Assembly (NCBI GenBank): GCA_963818245.1 | Contig: CAWFSD010000055.1 | Coordinates: 657 to 64,656, forward strand | DNA length: 64,000 nt | Direction: 5' to 3' | From: an uncultured Planctomycetota bacterium | GTDB lineage: Bacteria > Planctomycetota > UBA11346 | Shown: positions 57,167 through 64,000 of the stretch, one piece after another | Numbering within the stretch: position 1 is the first letter of the stretch | Layout of the letters: each line of letters opens with the position of its first letter | The notes under the pieces: model-generated | Seen by the model: only the letters and a program-made list of their open reading frames with translations | Database searches by the model: none | What the model was told of the DNA's origin: nothing | Program-made: the position numbers and the translations under genes

Positions 57167-58573
57167 CTACTTCCCCGCGACCGCCTTGCCGCTGGGCCCG
57201 CTGCGCACGCTGAACCAGGTGCGCCACGCTTCGATGGGGCCCTTGCGCGCCGCGGGCGCGGCGGTCGGGTCGTAGCCCAGGCCGTCCACCACCGCCGGCT
57301 TGACGGGTGCGAAGATGGTGCTGCGGATGTCGTCGACATCGCTGTCCATCAGCGCCAGCGCGCCCTCGAACAGCGGCGTATCGTCGGTCCAGGTCCCGAG
57401 CATGGGCAGGGCCAGGTCCTGGGCCAGGCCGGTGCTGGCGGCCATGCGGTCCTCGCCCGTGCGCTTCTTGTTCATGGCCAGCTTGACCAGCACGGTCTGC
57501 GCCGCCGGGTCGTGCCAGTTGGCGTGCACGGCCAGGGCGGCGATGGCGGCGGTGCGCACGCCGGCGTCGGCGTCGTCGGACAGCTTGGCCAGCGCGGCGA
57601 CCGCCTCGTCGTCGTCGAAGCGGACGCGCGCGCAGGCCTCGGCCAGGGCGAGGCGCACCGCCGGCTCCTTGGACTTCGCGGCCTTGCCGGCGACCTGCCA
57701 GGCGAGCGCACCGCCGATGCGCACCAGTTCCGTCCAGGTGTCGGGCTTGGCGAGCGGGTCGCCGGCGTGGTCGGTCAGCACGCCCTTCAGCCAGATGCGC
57801 TCGCTCTCGCTGGGAGCGACGGTCTTGTGGCGCAGGCCGTCGATCCAGCGCGCCGCGTCGTCGCGCAGCGGCTTGATGGCGAAGAAGCTGCCGTGGTCGG
57901 CGCCCTTGATCTCGCGGTAGACGTAGTGGAACCCGTGGGTCAGGCGGTCGCGCAGCGTGCGCGACTGGTCGACCTTCACCGTCGGGTCGGCCTCGCCGTG
58001 CACGACGTAGTACTCCAGGCCCATGCCGGCCTTGTCGGGCACGTCCTGGGCGTAGCCGCTGAAGCGCACCAGCCCGGCGAAGCGGTCGGCGTGGCGGCTG
58101 CCGAACCAGCTCGACATGAAGCCGCCGTTGGAGTGGCCCCAGATGAACATGCGGCGCTTGTCGATCGGGTACGCGGTCTGCAACCAGTCGACGAACTGCA
58201 GCAGCGCCTGCTCGTCGCCGGAGCTCCAGCCGGTGCCGAGCGACTTGCCGCCGGCGATGACGTAGCCCGCGGCCAGGGCGCTCTCGGCGAACGCCTGGTG
58301 GGCGGTGTTGGTCTGGGTGTCCTCGTTGCCGTTCAGGCCGTGGAAGGCGAGGATCAGGCCCAGCACGGGCCTGTCGGGGAGGGCCTCCGGCGCGTAGATG
58401 TGCCAGCGCATGATCGAGGAGTTCTTGACCGGGTGCTTGAGCTCGCCGTGGAGGTCGCCGGACAGCCCCTTCGCGGCCTTGGACCAGTCGATCACCTCGT
58501 ACGCCGGCTTGGCGGCCTCGGCGGCGGGCAGCAGGGCCAGCGCGGACAGCAGGAACAGGAGCAGGCTGCGCAT
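57167..58573 (-). CDS. Secreted alpha/beta hydrolase (esterase / PHB-depolymerase-like) fused to a HEAT-repeat C-terminal domain
   Basis: Signal peptide MRSLLLFLLSALALLPAAEA. LGLILAFHGLNGNE, nucleophile elbow FIWGHSNGGFMS, HGEADPTV, GADHG. The C-terminus has HEAT-like KEPAVRLALAEACARV..DADAGVRTAAIAALAV. Confidence 0.85.
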   Translation of the reverse strand: MRSLLLFLLSALALLPAAEAAKPAYEVIDWSKAAKGLSGDLHGELKHPVKNSSIMRWHIYAPEALPDRPVLGLILAFHGLNGNEDTQTNTAHQAFAESALAAGYVIAGGKSLGTGWSSGDEQALLQFVDWLQTAYPIDKRRMFIWGHSNGGFMSSWFGSRHADRFAGLVRFSGYAQDVPDKAGMGLEYYVVHGEADPTVKVDQSRTLRDRLTHGFHYVYREIKGADHGSFFAIKPLRDDAARWIDGLRHKTVAPSESERIWLKGVLTDHAGDPLAKPDTWTELVRIGGALAWQVAGKAAKSKEPAVRLALAEACARVRFDDDEAVAALAKLSDDADAGVRTAAIAALAVHANWHDPAAQTVLVKLAMNKKRTGEDRMAASTGLAQDLALPMLGTWTDDTPLFEGALALMDSDVDDIRSTIFAPVKPAVVDGLGYDPTAAPAARKGPIEAWRTWFSVRSGPSGKAVAGK

Positions 58574-58892
58574 ACGGCGGTCCTTGGAGGGGGGGTGGCC
58601 GCCACACGCTGGGGGCGGCGGCGGAAGGCGGGGCGGCCGCGGCAACGGGGATCCTCGCGGGCCCGAACTTCGGTATCAATGCATTTATGGTGGAGCGCGT
58701 GTCATCCGAACACGACCGCGGTGCGGCCCGGCGGCGTTGCGCCCACCGCTCGGGGCCGTCCACATCGACGACGCGCACGATGGTAGACGCGCGTCGGGCC
58801 GGGGCACTTGCGATTTTGCGTCAGCTTGCGGATTCCGACGACCTGCCCTGGCCGCCACCATCCGCGTCCGGCGTGCCAGGGATGACGGCCGT

Positions 58893-60074
58893 TCACCCCT
58901 CGCCGGAGCGCGCGATCTCGATCAGCCGCGGCGCGGTGAGCACGCGCTGCGGCGCGGCGGGCAGCGTGCCGGCGAGGCGCGCTTCGAGCAGGCGCACCAG
59001 CTCCGCGCCGAGGGCGTGGTTGCCCTTGTCGACGGTGGCGAGCGGGTGGGCGGGTTCGTGGCGGTGCTCGTCGGTGCAGGTGCGCCAGTAGGCGTCGTAG
59101 CCGACCAGCCACACGTCGCGGTTCGGTTCGAGGCCGAGCAGGCGCAGTGCGGCGGCGGCGGCATAGCACTCGCCGTCGCTGGCGACCAGCAGCGCGTCGG
59201 GCGCGGCGGGGCCGCGCAGGCGCTCGGCGAGGGAGCCGGCGAAGTGCCGGGTGTGCGCGGCGAAGCGCTCCTCCGCCGGCAGGTCGCTGGTGTCGAGGCG
59301 GCCGGCCACCCAGATCGGGGCCTGCGCCGGCACGGCGGCGGCGCGCAGGGCGTCGTCGCTGCCGGCGAGGCGCTGCCGCACCCAGTGCAGGCGGCGGTCG
59401 GCGTTGCAGAAGAACGCCGGCCGCCGCCGCCCGCGCGCCAGCAGCCACGCGCAGAGCAGGTGCGCGCCGGCGCGGTGGTCGTGGTCGACGCGGTCGCAGG
59501 CGGCGAAGCGCGGTTCGTCGCTGGCGATCACCGCGGGAATGCCGGCGGCGCGCAGCCGTTCGAGCAGTGCGGGGATCTCCGCCATGGAGCTGGCGCGCAT
59601 CGGCACCACCACGCCGCGCGGCATCTGGCGCACCAGCTCGTCGACGGTGGCGGCGTCGACCGCGCTCGGCGGCAGCGCCATCAGCGCGTGCCCGGCGGCG
59701 TGCAGGGCGTCCATGGCGCCGATCTCGACCGCGGCGGTGAAGCCGCCGCCACGGTAGTGGTCGGCGACCGCGGTGTGGGCGCTGAGCAGGACCACGGTGT
59801 TGGCCATCAGCGCGGAGGGCGCGGCTGGACCCGGTGGCTGGAGTGGCGTCGTGGCGCCGAGCACCAGGCGGCCCTGCAGCAGGCCTTCCTGCTCCAGCAC
59901 CAGCAGCGCCGCGCGCACCGTGCCGCGGCTGACGCGCAGGCGGTCGGCCATGGCCTGCTCGGTGGGCAGGCGCTCGCCGGGGGGCGGCCGGCCGGTCGCG
60001 AGCCAGTTCCGCACCTGGCGCACGGCGCGCGCCCGCGGCGACTGGTCGAGGGGTGGGGCGGGCATGAGGGGCAT
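58893..60074 (-). CDS. Transcriptional regulator: GntR-type HTH plus LacI/PBP-like ligand-binding domain (paralogous in architecture to 3783..4874)
   Basis: LPTEQAMADRLRVSRGTVRAALLVLEQEGLL (GntR wHTH), then a PBP-like body (NTVVLLS.., IPAVIAS.., DALLVASDGECYAAAAALRLLGLEPNRDVWLVGYD). Confidence 0.85.
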   Translation of the reverse strand: MPLMPAPPLDQSPRARAVRQVRNWLATGRPPPGERLPTEQAMADRLRVSRGTVRAALLVLEQEGLLQGRLVLGATTPLQPPGPAAPSALMANTVVLLSAHTAVADHYRGGGFTAAVEIGAMDALHAAGHALMALPPSAVDAATVDELVRQMPRGVVVPMRASSMAEIPALLERLRAAGIPAVIASDEPRFAACDRVDHDHRAGAHLLCAWLLARGRRRPAFFCNADRRLHWVRQRLAGSDDALRAAAVPAQAPIWVAGRLDTSDLPAEERFAAHTRHFAGSLAERLRGPAAPDALLVASDGECYAAAAALRLLGLEPNRDVWLVGYDAYWRTCTDEHRHEPAHPLATVDKGNHALGAELVRLLEARLAGTLPAAPQRVLTAPRLIEIARSGEG

Positions 60075-60082
60075 CAGAATCC

Positions 60083-60208
60083 ATTGTCAAAAATTGTCAA
60101 CTGTACCGGCCATCCTATTGAAAATCCTCGCATTTACTCAATAAAATATGGTAATTGTCCCGCACAAACAGCGCTTTCGAGATAGGTGGAATGTCTTTTT
60201 ATGTCAAC
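60083..60208. promoter_or_regulatory. AT-rich divergent control region with three TGTCAA(C) motifs (two as the direct repeat ATTGTCAA-AA-ATTGTCAA)
   Basis: ccATTGTCAAaaATTGTCAActgtacc at 60083-60100, and ttATGTCAACaa at 60202-60208. This ~200-bp stretch (..ctattgaaaatcctcgcatttactcaataaaatatggtaattgtc..) is by far the most AT-rich part of the window. It sits between the GntR-type regulator and the large plus-strand ORF. Confidence 0.35.
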
Positions 60209-60266
60209 AACCTGGATGGCGCGGGGTATTCCGGACACCTCCCCGGCGCCGCCCGCGGAATGCCTG

Positions 60267-63200
60267 ATGCATCCACGTAGCCGGGATCCCGCCATGACCC
60301 CTGTCCTGCCCGCCTCGACCGCCACCCTGGTCCTCGCCCTGGTGATGAGCGCGGCCGCCGCCCCCTCGGCGGCGGCCGCCGACAGCACCCTGCGCTGCCT
60401 CGGCACCCCGCCGGACGCGGCCTTCCTCGCGGCGGCGCAGCAGGCGGGCTGGACGGTGCTGGCGGGCGGGACGACGGGTGGCCCCGCCGATCTGCTGCTG
60501 GTCGACCGGCCCTGCGATGACGAGGCCTTCGCCCAGTCCCTGGTCACGGCGCTCGACGCCGGCGCGACCGTGGTGCTGGGCCTGCCCGAGGCGACCAGGC
60601 CGCCTTCCGCGCTGGCGGCGCGCCTGCCGGTGAACCCGTGGACCTTCAGCAGCGCGAAGCTGCTGCGCTACGACGCGGCGGTGGCGCCGTCGCCGGGCGC
60701 GGCGTTCGCCAGCATCGGTGGGGCGCTGGCGGTGTCGGCGCGCTGGGACCTGCACCTGCCGGGAGCGCCGATCGAGAACGGCCTGATGCGCTACCTGTGG
60801 AGCGACTACGCGAAAGGCCCGCTGGTCAGCGACTGGCAGGCGCAGCTCGCCTGCGCCATCGATGGCGGACTGCCGCTGCTGGTCACCGGCCGCTCCGGGC
60901 CCGGGCAGGTGGCGGTGTTCGGCGCCGACCTGTGGGACCACGACCTGGTCGCCTCGCCCGGGTATCCCGCCTTCTGCACCGCGCTGCTGGCCTGGGCGAA
61001 GCCGCGCGCAGCGGTCGCGGCCGAGGCGGACGCGGCGCTGCTCACCCTGGCGATCGCGCGCCACCAGCCCGACGGCCTGAGCGTGGAGGTGCGCAACCCT
61101 GGTGCGCGCGCGGCGGCGGCGGTGCTGAGCTGGAAGGTCTGCGACTGGGGGCGCGAGCACTTCAGCGCGCAGAGCCAGGAGGTGCGCGTGGCCGCCGGTG
61201 GCAGCGTGGTGGTGCACCTGAGCGATGGCGCGCCGGCCAGCGCCCTGCCCTGGCGCCGCATCGACGCGGCGCTGCTCGGCCTCGACCGGCGCAGCGTGCT
61301 GGTGCGGCGCCAGGTCGCGGTCGCCACCGCCGGGCGGCTCTCCGTGACCATCGAAGAGGACCCCTCCACCTACGCCGACATGCAGGACTGGGCGCTGACC
61401 GACGCCGACACCTGGTGCGACGGGCGCATCGCGCGCCGCTACGTCTACCGGCCCGGCACCACCGCCCACCTCTCCATCATCGTCCGCAACGGCCTGATGG
61501 ACGTGGCGCCGCTCGCCACCGCGCACGACCGGCAGTGGGCGGAGAACCTCAGCGCGGGCGGGCTGAACGACCTGTCGTACTCGGTGTCGGGGATGCGCCT
61601 GCCGCTGCCGGTGATGGGCGGCTGGTCTGGGAGGCCGGCGACCGGGCAGGCGGTCGCGCTGACCTGGGACGAGCCGGTGCTGGTCGCCGGCTACCGCCTG
61701 CTCGGCTACGGCACGTACCGCAACTGGAACCGCGCCAATCCCGTCCACCACGAGCTGGACGCGACCCTCGCCGCCGGCGGGCAGGCGGTGCTCGCGCACC
61801 AGGACCAGGCCGCCTTCACCAGCCGGCGCGGTGCGCGCTTCGCGTGGTGCGAGCAGCGCTTCGCGGCCGCGAGCGCGATCAGCGCCTGCACGCTGCGCGT
61901 CACCGGGCTCGAGGCCCAGGCCAACCTCGAGCCGCACCACGTCGCGCCGTCGAACTGCTCGCTGCAGGAGTGGGAGATGTGGGGCTGGCCCGGCGCGAGC
62001 GCACCGCCGGCGGTCGAGGGCGCGTTATTCGTCAGCGCCACCGACCTCGTCACCGGGGCCACCACCGAGCTGCTGCACGAGCGCTTGACGGTGGGCGGCG
62101 CCGCGGAAGCGCTGCGCGCCCTCGACGTGGTGGTGCCCGCCGGTTTCACCGCGGTGCACCTGAGCGCGCGCTTCGTCGCGGGCGACCAGGTGGCGCTGGC
62201 GGCGCACGACCTGCTGGCGACGCCGGTGTCCGCGCAGCAGATGACCGACCGCGAGCACCTCGCCGACTTCCAGGCCGGGCTGCTGTGCTCGCCGGGCTGG
62301 GTGCGCACGGTCGGCTTCGGCCTGGGCATGAAGAGCCAGACCGAGGGCTGGGGCGGCGACGACGACAAGCTGTGGGCCTACGGCCTGGACCTGCTCGAGA
62401 CGCGCCAGTCCAACCGCGACGCGGCGAACCGCCTGTTCACCAGCGAGTCCGCGGCGACCCACTACACCAACCCGTGGCGCGAGACGCCCGGCGGCCGCTA
62501 CGGCTGGGACCTGGCCGCGGACGGCGTGCTGAAGGAGGCCCTGGCCAAGCACGCCACGCGCGTGCACGTCATGGCCGCCGACCGCTGGAACGGCATCCCC
62601 ATCGGCAGCACCTGGGGCTGGGCCGACTTCGCGGCCTTCGACCAGGCGCTGCGCGCGGCCGGCGGGCCGGGGCTCAGCGGGCGCAGCCGCGGCCAGCTCG
62701 CCGAGGAGATCGCGGCGCAGCACGGCGACCGCTGGCAGCGCTGGCACCTGGAGCGGTACGCGGACCACCTGCTCGCCACGCAGAAGACCTTCGCCGACCA
62801 CGGCCTGGCCTTCACCTTCGAATCGCACGGCAGCTTCCCGCTGTGCGGCGGCGAGCTCGGCGCGAAGCTGGCCAAGACCCACGTCGCGGTCGGCACCGAC
62901 CTGTTCTGGGAGCTGCGCGACCAGGACCTGTGGTGGAGCCTGGGCACGCGCTTCGGCGTGGTCGCGGCGAACCCCGACCTGCGCAGCGGCGCCTACAGCC
63001 AGTGGGGCTGGGACAACAGCGACTGCAACGTCTGGTGGTGGGCCAACAACGGCGGCCGCGACACCGCGACGCGCCAGTGGTACGCCACCTACTTCGCCGG
63101 GCGCGTCGACACCGGCGGGCGCTTCCAGCCCTACCACGTGCTGGGCTGGAGCGCGCAGGGATCGGTCGGCACCCAGCTCTACGGCGACGAGATCGCGGCC

Positions 63201-64000
63201 TGGAACCACGTCGCGCAGCTCACCTGCCAGGTGCGGCCCGAGGTGTCCGCCGGCTGGGGCATGGTGGTCAGCTGGGCCGAGCAGGAGCGCCGCATGGGCA
63301 CGCAGATCGGCGAGCAGGGCTTCGGCCTGTTCGCCGGCAAGGGCCAGGAGCAGGTCGACGCGCTGATGGCGCACGTCTGGCACAAGTTGGTGAAGAACGG
63401 CCTGCCGGTGTCCTTCGTCACCTCGACGCACGCGCTGAAGGAGTGGCGGGGCGCCCAGCCGCTGGTGCTGGTCGACGGCTTCGCGTGGAGCGCGTGGGAA
63501 CTGGGCGCCGCCGAGCGCGCCAACCGCGCGGGCGCGCCGCTGCTGTGCGTGGGCGACGACGCCATGCAGCAGGGCGAGGCGGCGCCGGCGCTGTTCGGGG
63601 TGCGCAAGGGCGCGGGCGGCTGGGAGGCGCTGGCCGGGACGGAGCGGGTCGCGCTGCCCGGCGGCGGCGCGTGCTTCGTCACCGCGCGCAGCGGGCGCGG
63701 ACTGGTGGCGTGGTGCCCGGTCGCCGGCAAGGCGCTGGGCGGGCAGGCCGCGCAGCGGCTGGTGCACGACCTGCAGGCGCGGCTGGACGCGCCGCTGGTG
63801 CTGCCGGCCGGCGTGACCGGAACGCCGTTCATCAGCCACGGGCGGCTGCTGCTGGCGCTGTGCGACCAGGGCGATGCGGACCGCACGTGCACGGTGCGGG
63901 TCAGGCCTGGCGCACTGCTGATCCCGGCGTGGCGGCCTGCTCCCCCGGTGGAACGCCGGTGGGCGATCGATCTCGACGCGGGCGAGCGCTGCGCCGGCAG
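60267..64000 (+). CDS. Large (>1240 aa, 3'-partial) secreted hypothetical protein; absent from the supplied ORF track because it has no stop inside the window
   Basis: I translated it by hand. The frame is open from the TAG at 60183-60185 to base 64000, with very high GC3. In-frame starts are 60201, 60216, 60267 and 60294. (MHPRSRDPA)MTPVLPASTATLVLALVMSAAAAPSAAAAD looks like a signal peptide. The body is Trp/Tyr-rich and coding-like (..DLWDHDLVASPGYPAFCTALLAWAKP.., ..GWGGDDDKLWAYGLDLLETRQSNRDAANRLF.., ..WGWDNSDCNVWWWANNGGRDTATRQWYATYFAGR.., ..LVLVDGFAWSAWELGAAERANRAGAPLLCVGDD..). The minus ORFs 60204..61940 and 62025..63839 are its antisense artefacts. Confidence 0.8.
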   Translation, partial: MHPRSRDPAMTPVLPASTATLVLALVMSAAAAPSAAAADSTLRCLGTPPDAAFLAAAQQAGWTVLAGGTTGGPADLLLVDRPCDDEAFAQSLVTALDAGATVVLGLPEATRPPSALAARLPVNPWTFSSAKLLRYDAAVAPSPGAAFASIGGALAVSARWDLHLPGAPIENGLMRYLWSDYAKGPLVSDWQAQLACAIDGGLPLLVTGRSGPGQVAVFGADLWDHDLVASPGYPAFCTALLAWAKPRAAVAAEADAALLTLAIARHQPDGLSVEVRNPGARAAAAVLSWKVCDWGREHFSAQSQEVRVAAGGSVVVHLSDGAPASALPWRRIDAALLGLDRRSVLVRRQVAVATAGRLSVTIEEDPSTYADMQDWALTDADTWCDGRIARRYVYRPGTTAHLSIIVRNGLMDVAPLATAHDRQWAENLSAGGLNDLSYSVSGMRLPLPVMGGWSGRPATGQAVALTWDEPVLVAGYRLLGYGTYRNWNRANPVHHELDATLAAGGQAVLAHQDQAAFTSRRGARFAWCEQRFAAASAISACTLRVTGLEAQANLEPHHVAPSNCSLQEWEMWGWPGASAPPAVEGALFVSATDLVTGATTELLHERLTVGGAAEALRALDVVVPAGFTAVHLSARFVAGDQVALAAHDLLATPVSAQQMTDREHLADFQAGLLCSPGWVRTVGFGLGMKSQTEGWGGDDDKLWAYGLDLLETRQSNRDAANRLFTSESAATHYTNPWRETPGGRYGWDLAADGVLKEALAKHATRVHVMAADRWNGIPIGSTWGWADFAAFDQALRAAGGPGLSGRSRGQLAEEIAAQHGDRWQRWHLERYADHLLATQKTFADHGLAFTFESHGSFPLCGGELGAKLAKTHVAVGTDLFWELRDQDLWWSLGTRFGVVAANPDLRSGAYSQWGWDNSDCNVWWWANNGGRDTATRQWYATYFAGRVDTGGRFQPYHVLGWSAQGSVGTQLYGDEIAAWNHVAQLTCQVRPEVSAGWGMVVSWAEQERRMGTQIGEQGFGLFAGKGQEQVDALMAHVWHKLVKNGLPVSFVTSTHALKEWRGAQPLVLVDGFAWSAWELGAAERANRAGAPLLCVGDDAMQQGEAAPALFGVRKGAGGWEALAGTERVALPGGGACFVTARSGRGLVAWCPVAGKALGGQAAQRLVHDLQARLDAPLVLPAGVTGTPFISHGRLLLALCDQGDADRTCTVRVRPGALLIPAWRPAPPVERRWAIDLDAGERCAG

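Overview
This is a ~70% GC bacterial chromosomal window. Its gene content looks Verrucomicrobiota- or Planctomycetota-like: DUF1080 lectin-fold proteins, prepilin-type N-terminal proteins, GntR-HTH/sugar-binding-domain regulators, and many secreted glycan-active enzymes. This placement is inferred from gene content only; no searches were run.

I support about 42 protein-coding loci:
- Glycan-active and hydrolytic enzymes: GH2, a CBM32-GH16 protein, two esterases, an SGNH hydrolase, three DUF1080 proteins, and a PQQ/sorbosone-dehydrogenase-like beta-propeller.
- Metabolic enzymes: an IlvD/Edd (YjhG/YagF-like) sugar-acid dehydratase, a Gfo/Idh/MocA oxidoreductase, a Zn alcohol dehydrogenase, and a LigB-type extradiol dioxygenase.
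- Other recognisable proteins: MscS, DJ-1/PfpI, an alpha-2-macroglobulin-like thioester protein, a PDZ-MORN-TPR giant, MarR, and two GntR-type regulators.
- A three-gene pseudopilin module.
- Several secreted proteins with no domain I recognise.

The most distinctive feature is a REPtron. A RAYT-type Y1/HUH transposase gene (53797..54348, minus strand) is bracketed by arrays of a palindromic REP, GGTCGAGCTGGCGCTCGACC, that always occurs as inverted doublets (REPINs). Further doublet clusters lie at 46.9 kb and 49.2-49.9 kb. That gives 22 REP copies in the window, one of them split by a 91-nt insertion.

Other structure:
- A >1240-aa plus-strand ORF (about 60267 to the window end) is missing from the supplied ORF track because it has no stop inside the window.
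- A lower-GC mobile-element graveyard holds an integrase fragment, a 26-bp tandem repeat and an ISL3 transposase stub.
- There are two other palindromic or MITE-like intergenic elements.
- There are candidate operators for the GntR and MarR regulators.

Several genes need single-nucleotide frame corrections, mostly at G/C runs. The locus at 1..3580 needs about ten. This means either consensus indel errors or genuine pseudogenes, and I cannot distinguish the two without reads.

Most very long ORFs in the track are GC-rich antisense or read-through artefacts.

All functional calls come from motif and family recognition by eye.
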